Of a stretch of DNA of 64,000 nucleotides, positions 1 through 10,374 are shown in pieces. The stretch is from NCBI GenBank assembly GCA_024137785.1, contig JAHRHZ010000029.1, positions 11,825,812 through 11,889,811 of the forward strand. The letters are read 5' to 3'. The DNA is from Ginglymostoma cirratum (Eukaryota). The notes beneath the pieces were generated by a model. The model saw only the letters and a list, made by a program, of their open reading frames with translations. It searched no databases and was not told the origin of the DNA. The translations under genes and the position numbers were made by a program. Within the stretch, counting starts at the first letter, position 1, and every line of letters begins with the position of its first letter.

Positions 1-99
1 TTGGGTGAGTAAGCAATTGTAAGTTCAGTTCAATTCCTGTCAGAGGTAGGACAGGAGATTTCTCCTTAAATTGTAAATCGAATTGTTAAAATTTTAACA

Positions 100-860
100 T
101 CGTGCCTCACAAATGCCAAGCTATGACCAATCATAATAAGAAACAATCTCACCACCGTCCTTTGACATTCAATGGTGTTACCCATCACTGAATCCCTGAC
201 CGTCAACGTTCTGGGAGTTATCATTGACCAGAAACTCAACTATACTCACCACATAGACAAAGTGGCTACAAGAGCAGGTCAGCGTCTAGGAATACTGCAG
301 TGAGTAACTCACCTCCTGACTTCCCAAAGCCTGTCCACCATCTACAAGGTACAAGTCAGGATTATGATGGAATACTCCCCACTTGCGTGGATGAGTGCAT
401 CCCCAACAACCTCAAGGAGCTTGACACCATCCGGCATAAAGCAGCCCGCTTGCTTGGCACTACATCCACAAGCATCCACTCCCTCCACCACCAATGCTCA
501 GTAGCAGCAGTGTGTACTATCGACAAGATGCACTGCAGAAATTCACTGAATATCCCCAGACATCATCTTCCAAATCCACTACCACTTCCATCTAGAAGGA
601 TAAGGGCAGTAGATATATAGGAACATCACCTTCAAGTTACCCTCGAAGCCACTCACCATCCTGACTTGAAAATATATCGCAGTTCTTTCACTGTTGCTGG
701 GTCAAAATCCTGGAATTCCCTCTCTAATGGAATTGCGGGTCAACCCACAGCAGGTGGACTGCAGCAGTTCAAAAAGACAACACACCACTGCTTTCTCAAG
801 GGCAACTAAGGTCAGTGCAATAAATGCTGGCCAGCATCTGACAGATGAATAAATAAAAGT
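100..860 (+). mobile_element. 3' fragment of a CR1/L2-group non-LTR retrotransposon (RT C-terminus and tail)
   Basis: Disrupted frames read like NVLGVIIDQKL..HI..VATRAGQRLGIL..LSTIYK.QVR..MEYSPLAWMSA, typical post-RT LINE sequence; ends in gggcaac...aataaatgctggccagc...aataaataaaa. Confidence 0.8.
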
Positions 861-1403
861 AAACACTAAATTATACCTGCTTGCACTTCACATGGCTCAT
901 CTCAGGAATTAGCCAATAGACAAACTGTCACATTTTGCCTGTGGTGACATGTAGGAGCTTAGTTTGGAAAAAAAAATTCAGAATTAGTTCCCCAAACAAT
1001 TGGCTACAGGCAAATATACTATAATATCAGTTTCCAAAATTGAGAAAAAAAAAAGAAACTAACCTTATCTATATTGCATTATGTGATAGGGCCATTGACT
1101 TATTTGTTTGTATCAGTCACCAAAAATGTGCAGTGGAGACTGTTCAAGGTGTGGAAAGGGTTCTGTCATTCTCTACAAATAATGTGAGGTAGCTCTGACT
1201 TCTCTTCAGGAACATTGGTCCGTAATTTTGAAACATATGCAATGAGAACCTGGTACAAAATGTAACTGTTACAACTGCAAAGACTGGTTGGCTATCTTTG
1301 CTGATGACTCAGAGGACTGACTTGAAGGATTAGAATTCCAAAACACGGCAACATATTAACCTTCATTCCAGACACCTGAGTGCAATCTTTGTCGGCACTT
1401 AAA

Positions 1404-1437
1404 TTCAGTACCAATGGAGAGTTCAGTACCAATGGAG
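1404..1437. repeat. Short tandem duplication, 18-bp period
   Basis: ttcagtaccaatggag at 1404-1419 and 1422-1437. Confidence 0.85.
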
Positions 1438-1526
1438 TGTAGTACTGCCTTTCAGATTTGTTTTCATGATAGTCAGCAAAGGTACAATAAGACCACAGGA
1501 AATAGAAACAGGAGAAGGTCATTCAG

Positions 1527-1620
1527 TGATAACACAGTGTAGAGCTGGAGGAACACAGCAGGCCGGGCAGCATCAAAGGAACAGCAAAGCTGATGTTTCA
1601 GGTCAGGACCGTCCTTCATA
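1527..1620 (-). mobile_element. Penelope pLTR fragment (family A) with decayed hammerhead motif
   Basis: Reverse complement of the pLTR at 11189-11283 and 48481-48610. Confidence 0.75.
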
Positions 1621-2365
1621 GTCCCTTCCAAAAACATCACGCCATTCCAAACTTTTTACAATCATTAAAACAGTTTTGAAGCATCCTGGCATTTGTAGAA
1701 AATACAGGACCAAATTTGCACACAAGTTCCTTATGGAGGAGAGATGTTCTTACTTAAAAGTGACAACTGAAAACACTAAAATTTCCAGGTAAATAAAAAT
1801 ATAATTATTACCATTAATAATTAAACACAGACTTAAACAGCACCAACATTTTTTTAAACACAAGAATCCTCACATTTACAACATTGTGGTTGACTGATAC
1901 AGCCGTGTAAAATTCTGATTCGCTCTTGCAGCAAAGAATGTTTTGTTTTCACTATTCTTCTTTGTATTGATATTACCTGTTGGCCCTTTCATGTCTTTCA
2001 AGTCCCTTGTCAACAGCCTCAGTTTACACATCCTGATTGATCTGTCAATCAAATCGTACAAAACAATCCAAAGGCGTTTAAACAACCCTGTACATGTGCT
2101 GCACTGATATCACCGTAGACTAAATTGTATTTGAGAGATGTTACTTTCCAAGGTAGCCTGGGTGTATAGCTGTTTATATATTGATGCAAACACCTTCAAC
2201 TTCACAAACACATAAAATTGACTCGTCCAAATCAGTGTGAAGTTAAAAGATGAATTATTCAGCCAGCTGGTGTTTTTTTGGAATCCTCAACTTGCACCTG
2301 CAAAATTTGGGCTCTTGTCACAGGGTCTACCCATATTTTTTAAAAGCGATTTCGGTTCTAATTGA

Positions 2366-2487
2366 GAGATAAAAGGTACTGCAGATGCTGGAGAATCCGA
2401 GATAACAAGCATGGGGCTGGATGAGCACAGCAGGTCAAGCAGCATCATTGGAGCAGGAAAACTTGATGTTTCGGGCCTAAACCCTTC
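2366..2487 (-). mobile_element. Penelope pLTR-only insertion (family A) with 15-bp TSD
   Basis: ttcggttctaattga at 2351-2365 and 2488-2502; interior is the reverse complement of the family A pLTR. Confidence 0.85.
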
Positions 2488-2529
2488 TTCGGTTCTAATT
2501 GAACTCAGTTGAAATATTATGAGAAATCA

Positions 2530-2879
2530 CAGCATTGCCATTTGTCTAACTCTTCGCCAACAACCTCTGCAAACAGCAAAGGCTTGATAATCAGTTTTAA
2601 GGTAGTTAATTAGGAGATAATATTGGTTAAGTGCACAAGCGCACTTTCGAGAAAGACCATGATTGTCTTCAAAAATGGTGCGCTGAGATCATTTTTAACC
2701 GCCCGAGGACAGGGCTTCAGTTTAAAGTCTCATCTGAAAGCTGGCACATCTGACTGTGTGCAGCACTCACTCAATGCCATGTTGGATTGTCAGTGTAGAT
2801 TAGGTGGTCATGCCTGCGGGCAGGGAATTGAACCTACAATCTTTTGACTCAGAACTGACCACTGCTACCACTGAGCCAG
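2530..2879 (-). mobile_element. Deu-domain tRNA-derived SINE (SacSINE1/AmnSINE-like), decayed
   Basis: Minus strand starts tggctcagtggtagcag (A box), has ggttcaattccc (B box) and a core ctttcagatgagactttaaactgaagccc resembling the recalled Deu domain. Confidence 0.7.
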
Positions 2880-3739
2880 AGCACACCCCAAAAATGGCTG
2901 TCTTCCTTATTCTGTTGACCCTCTGATGTTCCAGGTTGGAGGAGATTTCGGAGATTTACTGGATGGCAGACAAAATACAGGTGCAGAAAGGTTAGGGGAG
3001 AGCGGGAAGGGAAGCCAGAAATACCCATGTGCTACTGCTGTGGAAATGCTGGGAAAGAATGGCATTTCTTCATTCACTGTTGGGTATGATGGCCCATGGA
3101 GGATAAGTAAATAAAAGACAGTGGAGTTTGGAGTGTTCAAAGTACAAGTAATCCAACCGTCAGTGTTAACTTCAGTCCCGCTTCTGATCGGTCAGCAAGG
3201 AATGTGCATGGTTCAAGTTCGACCTGTCGCAGAGATGTGTCATAACTTATCTGAACAAGTTCATTACAAAGTAAAGGTGACATCCGTCTCCCTGTCAGTA
3301 TTGGAAGACACAACCTCAGATCTACTCAGCATCTTGATTGAAAGCTGATTAAATTAATCTCTGCTATGGGCACATTTAAGGATTGACCAAACTTTGGATG
3401 CAAAGTGCTGACTTAGGAATTTTGATTGTTTAGCCGTTGGATTTCAGCTCAGTGGAAAATAAAAACATCTTTAAATGACTGTCAAGAATAGAGTAAAGGG
3501 AATTGTACTTTCGCTTTAGGATAGCTACTGAGCTTATGCAAAGGAGTTATATTGTGACACTTGATCACATGTAACTAGAGCTTGGGTCTACACGCCTCCA
3601 AGTAAGACACTCTCTGTTACCATCTGCTGTATGCAGTTATGTTCAATAAAGCCTGTTTCTTTTCGCTCAGTACAGTATACACATCACATTGCTAAATCAG
3701 GCTTAATTGCAGATTCCATTATGTGAGTTGATGCTAGAG

Positions 3740-4122
3740 TGCAAGGTGTAAAGAGACTTGAAGTGTAAAGAAGATTTACAGGAATGATACCCAATATGAG
3801 ATAGTACAAACTGATTACAATACGACTGATTTCTCCAAAAAACTAAAGTCTGAGAAGTGACCTATCAGAGATCTTTAAGATTGTGAAAGGCTTAATAAAA
3901 TAGATGTACGCCACTTGTGAGGGAATGCAAAATGAAGCATTATGGGTGCAATATATTCAGAAGTGAAAGAAGTAAGAGCAAGGTAGATAATTACACAAGA
4001 GAGAAAGGAATAGGAAAAAATTATAAAAGGTAGGGTGGGAGAAGAGTCTGGAGAACATAAACACTTCATATATCTTTCAAGCCAAATGGCCCATCTCTGT
4101 GCAGTAAAATTCTATGTAATGC
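3740..4122 (+). mobile_element. CR1 LINE 3' end, decayed
   Basis: V.RRFTGMIP..LRSDL.E.FKIVKG-like remnants and the CR1 tail gccaaatggcc...ttctatgtaat. Confidence 0.7.
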
Positions 4123-4134
4123 TTGGATCATGTG

Positions 4135-4203
4135 CCTAATATCTTGACATTTTGTTTTTGTTTCTTTTCCTTTCCTCACACAACTCTCTTCCAAAACATG
4201 CAG
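4135..4203 (+). promoter_or_regulatory. 3' splice region of CTNND2 exon 2 (branch-point candidates, polypyrimidine tract, AG)
   Basis: CTAAT 4136-4140 and CTCAC 4175-4179 fit YTNAY; T/C tract ~4150-4192; AG at 4202-4203. Confidence 0.7.
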
Positions 4204-4337
4204 GAGTGATGCCAGTTCCAGACCAGCCATCTGTATCGGACAAAAATAGCTTGCTAAGCCCCATGCTGACGGCTTCCAATGGAGATGGCTCTGAGCCAGA
4301 GACCACTTCTGCTATTCTGGCTTCAGTCAAAGAACAG
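4204..4337 (+). CDS. CTNND2: Internal coding exon (exon 2 equivalent) of delta-catenin / catenin delta-2
   Basis: Pyrimidine tract, then catgcAG acceptor (AG 4202-4203) and CAG|GTATGT donor (GT 4338-4339). Phase 1 in, phase 0 out. Translation (G)[44 protein letters not shown] closely matches the recalled human N-terminus [46 protein letters not shown], with the same boundary after KEQ. Confidence 0.93.
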
Positions 4338-4817
4338 GTATGTACCTATGTTTAATCATGCTTACTTGGAGGAGGGGAAGGAGAACACTGAGAATTCCAA
4401 ATTCAAAAGAATGCTTTCTGAAGCAACAACTCTTAAAGTATATCTATTTTCTGGTACTTAACATGGTTAGAGTTGCCAACACTTCAGGATTGCCTGATAG
4501 TCTCCAGGAATTATGAATTAATCTTCAGGACGCTGCATTGAGCAACAAGGAGAAAAATCATAGCAGGATTATCTTTATGCTTCATTTTCTTAGAACAGAT
4601 TGGTTTATTACTTACCTTGTTTGAAAGTATTGCAGATGAGGGAAAAGGCTGCTTAATTTGGTTAAAAAGAACTCAGTGACAGTTTCCAATTGACATGGAA
4701 AGGCTGGAATCACAGGGATTATGGATGACCAATGACAGGCACTTTGGGTGATGGGACAGTTGGAGAAAGAAGGTCTCCCACAATACTCAACCAGAATTGG
4801 CAACACTAAATACTGTA

Positions 4818-5702
4818 CGAGGTTGTAGACTTGCTCGCTGAGCCGGTGTGTTTAATTGCAGACGTTTCGTCACCCTGCTAGATAACATGATCAGTGAGCC
4901 TCTGGTGACACGTTGGTGTTCTATGCTGCTCCATTTACAGCATAGCAGAACTGGAACATTTATACAGAGTTTTGAAAAGGAATGGATACCCATAAAACAC
5001 AATCCACCATTACCTCTGGACAGACCACAACAAGAAGACACAACACGGCCAGACACACTAGTTACCCTACTGTATGTCAGAGACATATCAGAGATGACCA
5101 CAAGACTACTCCAACCCCTAGATATCAGGGTAGCCCACAAACCGACAACCACCCTGCGACAGCTACTGACGAACGCAAAGGATCCCATAGCCACAACCAA
5201 TAAAACCAACAAAATATACAAAATACCATGCAAGGACTGTGAGGAACACTACATAGGCCAAACTGGAAGAAAAATAACAATAAGGATACACAGACACCAA
5301 CTAGCCACCAAGAGACACGATCAATTCTCACTGGTCTCAATACACACAGACAAAGAAGGACACAAATTTGACTGGGACAACACATCCATAATACCACGAG
5401 CCAAACATATACATGCCAGGGAATTCCTGGAGGCCTGGCATTCCAACCAGAACTCCATCATCAAACATGCTGAACTGGACCTGATATACAAACCACTGAA
5501 AAACAGAACTGTAAATGATTCCAACCACCCCAGCAAACCGAGGCATATAAATAATAAGTGGGACAGAACACCAACGCTTCACCGGAGGCACGACCTATGA
5601 TGTTACCTAGCAGGGAGATGAAACATCTGCAATCAAACACACCGGCTCAGTGAGTAAGTCTACAACCTCATCCACAACCCGAGCTACAAATCTTCTGAAA
5701 AG
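4818..5702 (+). mobile_element. 5'-truncated Penelope-like element (GIY-YIG endonuclease) with inverted pLTR and 12-bp TSD (family D)
   Basis: ORF 4848-5600 contains KIYKIPCKDCEEHYIGQTGR..RIHRH..H..F.W..AREFLEAWH (PLE GIY-YIG). About 4819-4925 is the reverse complement of ~5563-5669. ctaaatactgta at 4806-4817 and 5703-5714. Confidence 0.92.
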
Positions 5703-6942
5703 CTAAATACTGTAGCTAAACATTTGAGGAAGAGAAATTTTTTGCAGTTGTTTCAAATTGTGACAGGGTGAAAAGCTGCTTGTTAGAATTTGAAGTTATT
5801 GGGGATTAGAAATGCTATAGTACAATGAAACAATTTAAACTGATAGAAGCATTTATATTGCAAAGCTTCAAACTGAATTGTTACTTTTGTTTTAAAATGG
5901 AATAAAACTTCCTGAGATTATCATATTCTTCTGGTACAAGATGACTTTGAAAAAGTTCGGTATTTAGCTCAGTTGAAATTTTTGAAAAAATAATGTTCTG
6001 ATTCATTATTATTTGTCTGAACGCAATTTTGTGCACTTAAGGGGCCTGTCCCTCTTTCCAAGTGTGGATGCTATTTTTATTTTCTACTTCGAGTTCACTT
6101 TGGTGTTGGTTTGTTGGAATTCTGAATAAACTGCATGTGATAGGAAGTGGATTAATTGATATTGTAAGATGTTGTTAAATTTTTCTTTTCAGGTTGGAAT
6201 TACAGATGCCTCAGGGTGAAACGTATGAGACACATTTTCCTTGTGTATTCATTTTCTTCCTCAAAAATCAATCAGATTAAAGTTTGCCATTGCATACTTG
6301 CAATACACCACTCAATGTTCTTCAATAAATGAAGCCATTTCTTTTTACCTTTTGTACCATTGTGTTCTATTACGATTTCTAAAACAAACTTCCTGTTATT
6401 TAGTTGATGAAGGTTGTGTTTTCTTTGAAATGATACAGCACCCAGCTATGTTTATCACTGCACTACAAATGAGAGTGAATTGTTTAATTGCATTCAATGT
6501 GTGGAAACCTAAAAGGAGTTGCTAGATAGTCACTGTGTTGGAATGATGATGTGCTGAATTCTGAGGGTAAGGACATGTAAGTGACAGTATCTGTAATTAC
6601 AGCACAGACAGACTGCAATAATATACAGTTCTATTGATTGGTTAAAAGGATGGCATACAGAGTACGGCAGCAGTTTAAGATGAAAGAAAAATAGCATAAC
6701 ATGGTGATGACTGTTGACAGGATCATTGCTGGATAAAGTTTCACTGGACTTTTATTCTTAGAGTTTTTGTCCCCACTTTTAGGAAGTGATCAGTGTAATC
6801 TTCATTAATAAAAAGGCCACAGCTGATTAAAGAGTGTCAAAATGTAGCAGACTGCTTCGTGAAAAATGGATTGCAACATAAATAGGATTCAAGATCACAG
6901 GCTCTTTGATAAGAGGTGTACTGCACCCAATTGGAAACTATG

Positions 6943-7560
6943 GGTGGAATCCTCTGCTGTCACTGATGGTGATTTTGGAGACAGAAAGATCAATTAATAA
7001 GGAGGGCCGGTGGCTTTCATGATCTCAGTCACTCTACTGCCTCTGCTGGAACTATATTCTAGGTGGGAAGACCCGTGGTTGACCCTAATGTCAATTGAGG
7101 CTTCTTAGTGTCCAGTTAATGAGAATTCAAGGGCCTCATCCAACTACTGCTGCTTTTAAAAGTTGAAATTCTCTGGCTAGCTTGTCACTGTGATCAAAGC
7201 GTCTGTTTGAGGGATTGGCCACTGAGAGCCAGTGCCCTTCTCTTCCTGCTGACCCCTCTACCCACTCTGTCCATGACCTGGAGGCGAAAGCCCTCCACCT
7301 TCCAACCTTACCTGTGGCATGGGTCATGCCATGATCCTTGGATTTCGGTGGGCGTTTTATCTGCGGCAGCCACGGCCTCTCCTACAGTGTTGCTGAGCAT
7401 AAGAGCCACCACTTCTTACTGGTTGGCAGCTTTCAGTAGGCGAGACTTCGGGATTTTGACACCAGAGGAAGAATCGACAGTAGGTGCACCATTGCTCGAG
7501 TACCTTGTGATTCAGTGGGCCTTCCTGAACACAGGCAGGAGAGGTCTCTCATTGGTAGGG
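6943..7560. mobile_element. Decayed non-autonomous DNA-transposon-like element (possibly Harbinger-derived MITE family)
   Basis: Starts gggtggaatc; shares caattgaggc / aagggcctc / taagtggcc-type motifs with ~26320-26530, 32210-32480 and 62043-62440. Confidence 0.4.
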
Positions 7561-9089
7561 GACGTCCCCATTACTTCAGCAAGATCCTGCCCCACGGGTA
7601 GTACTACAGCTACCAGCATGATGTAAATACAGAAGTAAATTTCACAAGGCACATGCCTGAGCCGCTTAAGGGTCCATCCTGGTGCTGGGTTCACTGAAAC
7701 ACACATGGTTCACCATATGGACACAATTTTAATTCATTTCATTCACAGTGGTAGAACAGGACTTGGGCACCACTTCTACTCTCCTGCTGGTTCCCACACT
7801 ATTACAATTAAAATTTAAAGTGTCAGCAATGTTCACAGGAGATGCATGTGATAACAAAGCAGATGAAGCTTTTCATTGGTGAAACCCAACATCAGCTGAC
7901 AATGTAGTAGCTACTGGTGGAAATCATGGCTCTTCATCATGGTACAACTTTCTTGTTCAACTCCAACACCATTAAGACTTATTCAGAGCCAAAGGTGGCA
8001 TAGGTGTTTTTAACAATTAAAGTTCACTTTAAATATTTCACATTATATTGGTTTCATTTCCTTCATGTCTGCATCATTGTTATTTGCTGAGGGTATTTGG
8101 GTCAGAGAACTAAATGTACTGGCACACCTCATGGTTGGCATACATTGATGGTTTTAGGGGAATATAGGGTTCTCTCTTTATTGTGAAAGAACTAATGTGT
8201 CTTTTTGTATTCACTCTTTATTGAATATTCATGTTAATGTCCAGTGCTGTCCTCGGTATTCTGTGTGACATGCTTGAATCTGGGAGTTCAACTGGCCTGC
8301 TTTTCAATGCATTCTAAGAGACATTGTTCAAGATCCTTTTCATTGAAGGTAATTGAACTGTTGTAGAAAACTGAAGACCTTGTAAGGAGTCTGCTGGCCA
8401 TCACTTTGAGATGGGCACACATGTGGACAATAACCACACTGCCCCATAGGTTCCTAATTTCCTTACCATGACTGAAAGTTCTCTCCACCTCCCACCCCGC
8501 ACAGAAAGCCACAGCCTTCCCTCTTCCCTTCATCGATGTGCACAATCATACCCCAACTCTACTTCACCACTGATCTCCACTTTCTGGTCACAAGTGTCCT
8601 TGCAAGCTGCCACCCTCTTGTTTTGACCCTTGTGCTGAGTAGTTAACAAGGAAAACTCTCACTGTTGCACACAGCAGCGTAAAGCTGACTGTTTTACATA
8701 AGTATGAAGTGCCACATCATTTTTGCTGCTAACAAATTTATCAAGAAGGTAGGATATAATTTCTTAAAAAAAGACATTGTAAGCTAATAAGTATTCATGC
8801 CAAACAAATGTATTACAATTGGAAATCCATTACAGAATAGTTTAAGACCTGAAACACCACAAATGTGCTGCTGACTTACTGTCCCCATCTTAACTCACTG
8901 TTTGGAAACCAAAATGTTGTCTCATAGTTAGCTCAGTCAACCTGCTCTGCAGGTTCTGACCCCTCTCCCATCATTGAGGCACACTAGGTTCATCTTAATA
9001 TTGACCCAGGCAAGATCCACATTATCATTGAAATGTACAAGATCCATCTTATGACAAGTCCATCGTAACACTGGGACAAGTGATGTCTA

Positions 9090-9620
9090 TGAGACTGTAA
9101 GACGCAGGAGCAGAAGTCAGCCACAAAGCCCATCAATTGTACTTCAACATTCAATGAGATCATGACTGATCTGATAATCCTCAACTCCACTTGCATCTCT
9201 TTGCCCATGGTCCTGAATTCCCTGAGATAACAAGGTGTAGAGCTGGATGAACACAGCAGGCCAAGCAGCATCAGAGGAGCAGGAAGGCTAATGTTTCAGG
9301 CCTAGACCCTTCTTCAGAAAGGTTTCTGAAAGGGTCTAGGCCCGAAACGTCAGCCTTCCTGCTCCTCTGATGCTGCTTGGCCTGCTGTGTTCATCCAGCT
9401 CGACACCTTGTTAACTGAGATTCTCCAGCATCTGCAGTTCCTACTAGCCCTAAATTTCCTCACTGATTTAAAAATCTATCTATTTCAACTTTGAATATAG
9501 TTAACAATCCAGCCTCGATAGCTTTCTGCATTAAAGAATTACACAATTCACTATCCTCTGAGAGAAATTCTGTGCTAACTGGGCAATCACTTATTCTGAG
9601 ATTATGGTCTCTACTTCCAT
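9090..9620 (-). mobile_element. CR1 LINE 3' end interrupted by a Penelope palindrome
   Basis: Minus-strand ORF 9460-9966 ends LTIFKVEIDRFL (CR1 ORF2 C-terminus); typical CR1 3' UTR at 9090-9220. Confidence 0.7.
9224..9445. mobile_element. Head-to-head palindromic Penelope pLTR unit (family A)
   Basis: Arms ~9228-9320 and 9323-9413 are near-perfect reverse complements around cagaaa-gg-tttctg; degenerate TSD tggtcctgaattccct / tagccctaaatttcct. Confidence 0.88.
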
Positions 9621-9652
9621 ACTTCCATACAGCAGAACACTTGCCTGAATTT

Positions 9653-9761
9653 AATCCTGTTCTGAAGAAGAGTCTCTGGACTCTAAATGGTGACTGTGCT
9701 TTCTCTCCACGGTCGGTGCTGCACCTGCTGAGTTTCTCCATCAATTTTCTGTTTTTGTTTG
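9653..9761 (+). mobile_element. Penelope-type pLTR insertion (family B) with 14-bp TSD
   Basis: acttgcctgaattt at 9639-9652 and 9762-9775; interior ctgaagaagagtctctggactc...cacctgctgagtttctcc. Confidence 0.75.
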
Positions 9762-10179
9762 ACTTGCCTGAATTTTTGTCTGGCAAAGCCTGAACGGATT
9801 GTTCCAATCTGCTTGGGTGGCAGTGACAGAGCTGTGCTGCGTGCTGCATCCTGATGATCCAAACTGACAGCCAACAGCTGTTGGTGTCACAGCAGCCATC
9901 ACCTTCAACACCTCTGTTTTCTTGTGGCGATGATGCACTGCCTTGCTGTGATGCAGGAGTGCACAATTCTTACACCCACCTCAGGAGAGCCGATTGTCAG
10001 CCCAGCTGTGAACCGTTGAATTGAGCCCTGATTCCCTGTCGCTTGCACTCTGGTTGCCTAAATTGCCTCCACACTGGGTCACATGTTACTTTTTCCTCGA
10101 GCCTTCACCTACTTCCTTTTGCCTTGCTGTGTTTTGGATGAGATTTTCTGTCTGCCACGTTAAAAAAATGCCCAGAACT

Positions 10180-10372
10180 ATGCTGCAGAAGTTCAGGGTT
10201 TATCCCCATTGCCCTGACCAATGTTTATCCATTAAACAACACTTGTGAAAGCAGATTATTTACTCATTATCACACTGCTGAGCAGAAACTAGCTGTTGTA
10301 TCATCTTTGTCACTTCAAAAGTTCTTCATTGGCTGTAAATCACTTTGGATTGTCCTGAGATATTCAAAGCTG
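10180..10372 (+). mobile_element. 3' half of a Deu-domain SINE
   Basis: gccctgaccaatgtttatcc...cattatcacactgctg...cattggctgtaaatcactttgga resembles the reverse complement of 50915-51130 and matches 56780-56960. Confidence 0.55.
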
Positions 10373-10374
10373 CT

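Noticed and set aside
4204-4337. Assignment of the exon to PKP4
   Set aside because: [15 protein letters not shown] and [12 protein letters not shown] fit the recalled CTNND2 sequence much better.
7207-7626. 139-aa ORF as a nested gene
   Set aside because: Lies in decayed repeat-like GC-richer DNA with no recognisable domain or splice structure.
9460-9966. 168-aa minus-strand ORF
   Set aside because: Chimeric: it crosses a TSD-flanked pLTR insertion and a CR1 3' fragment.
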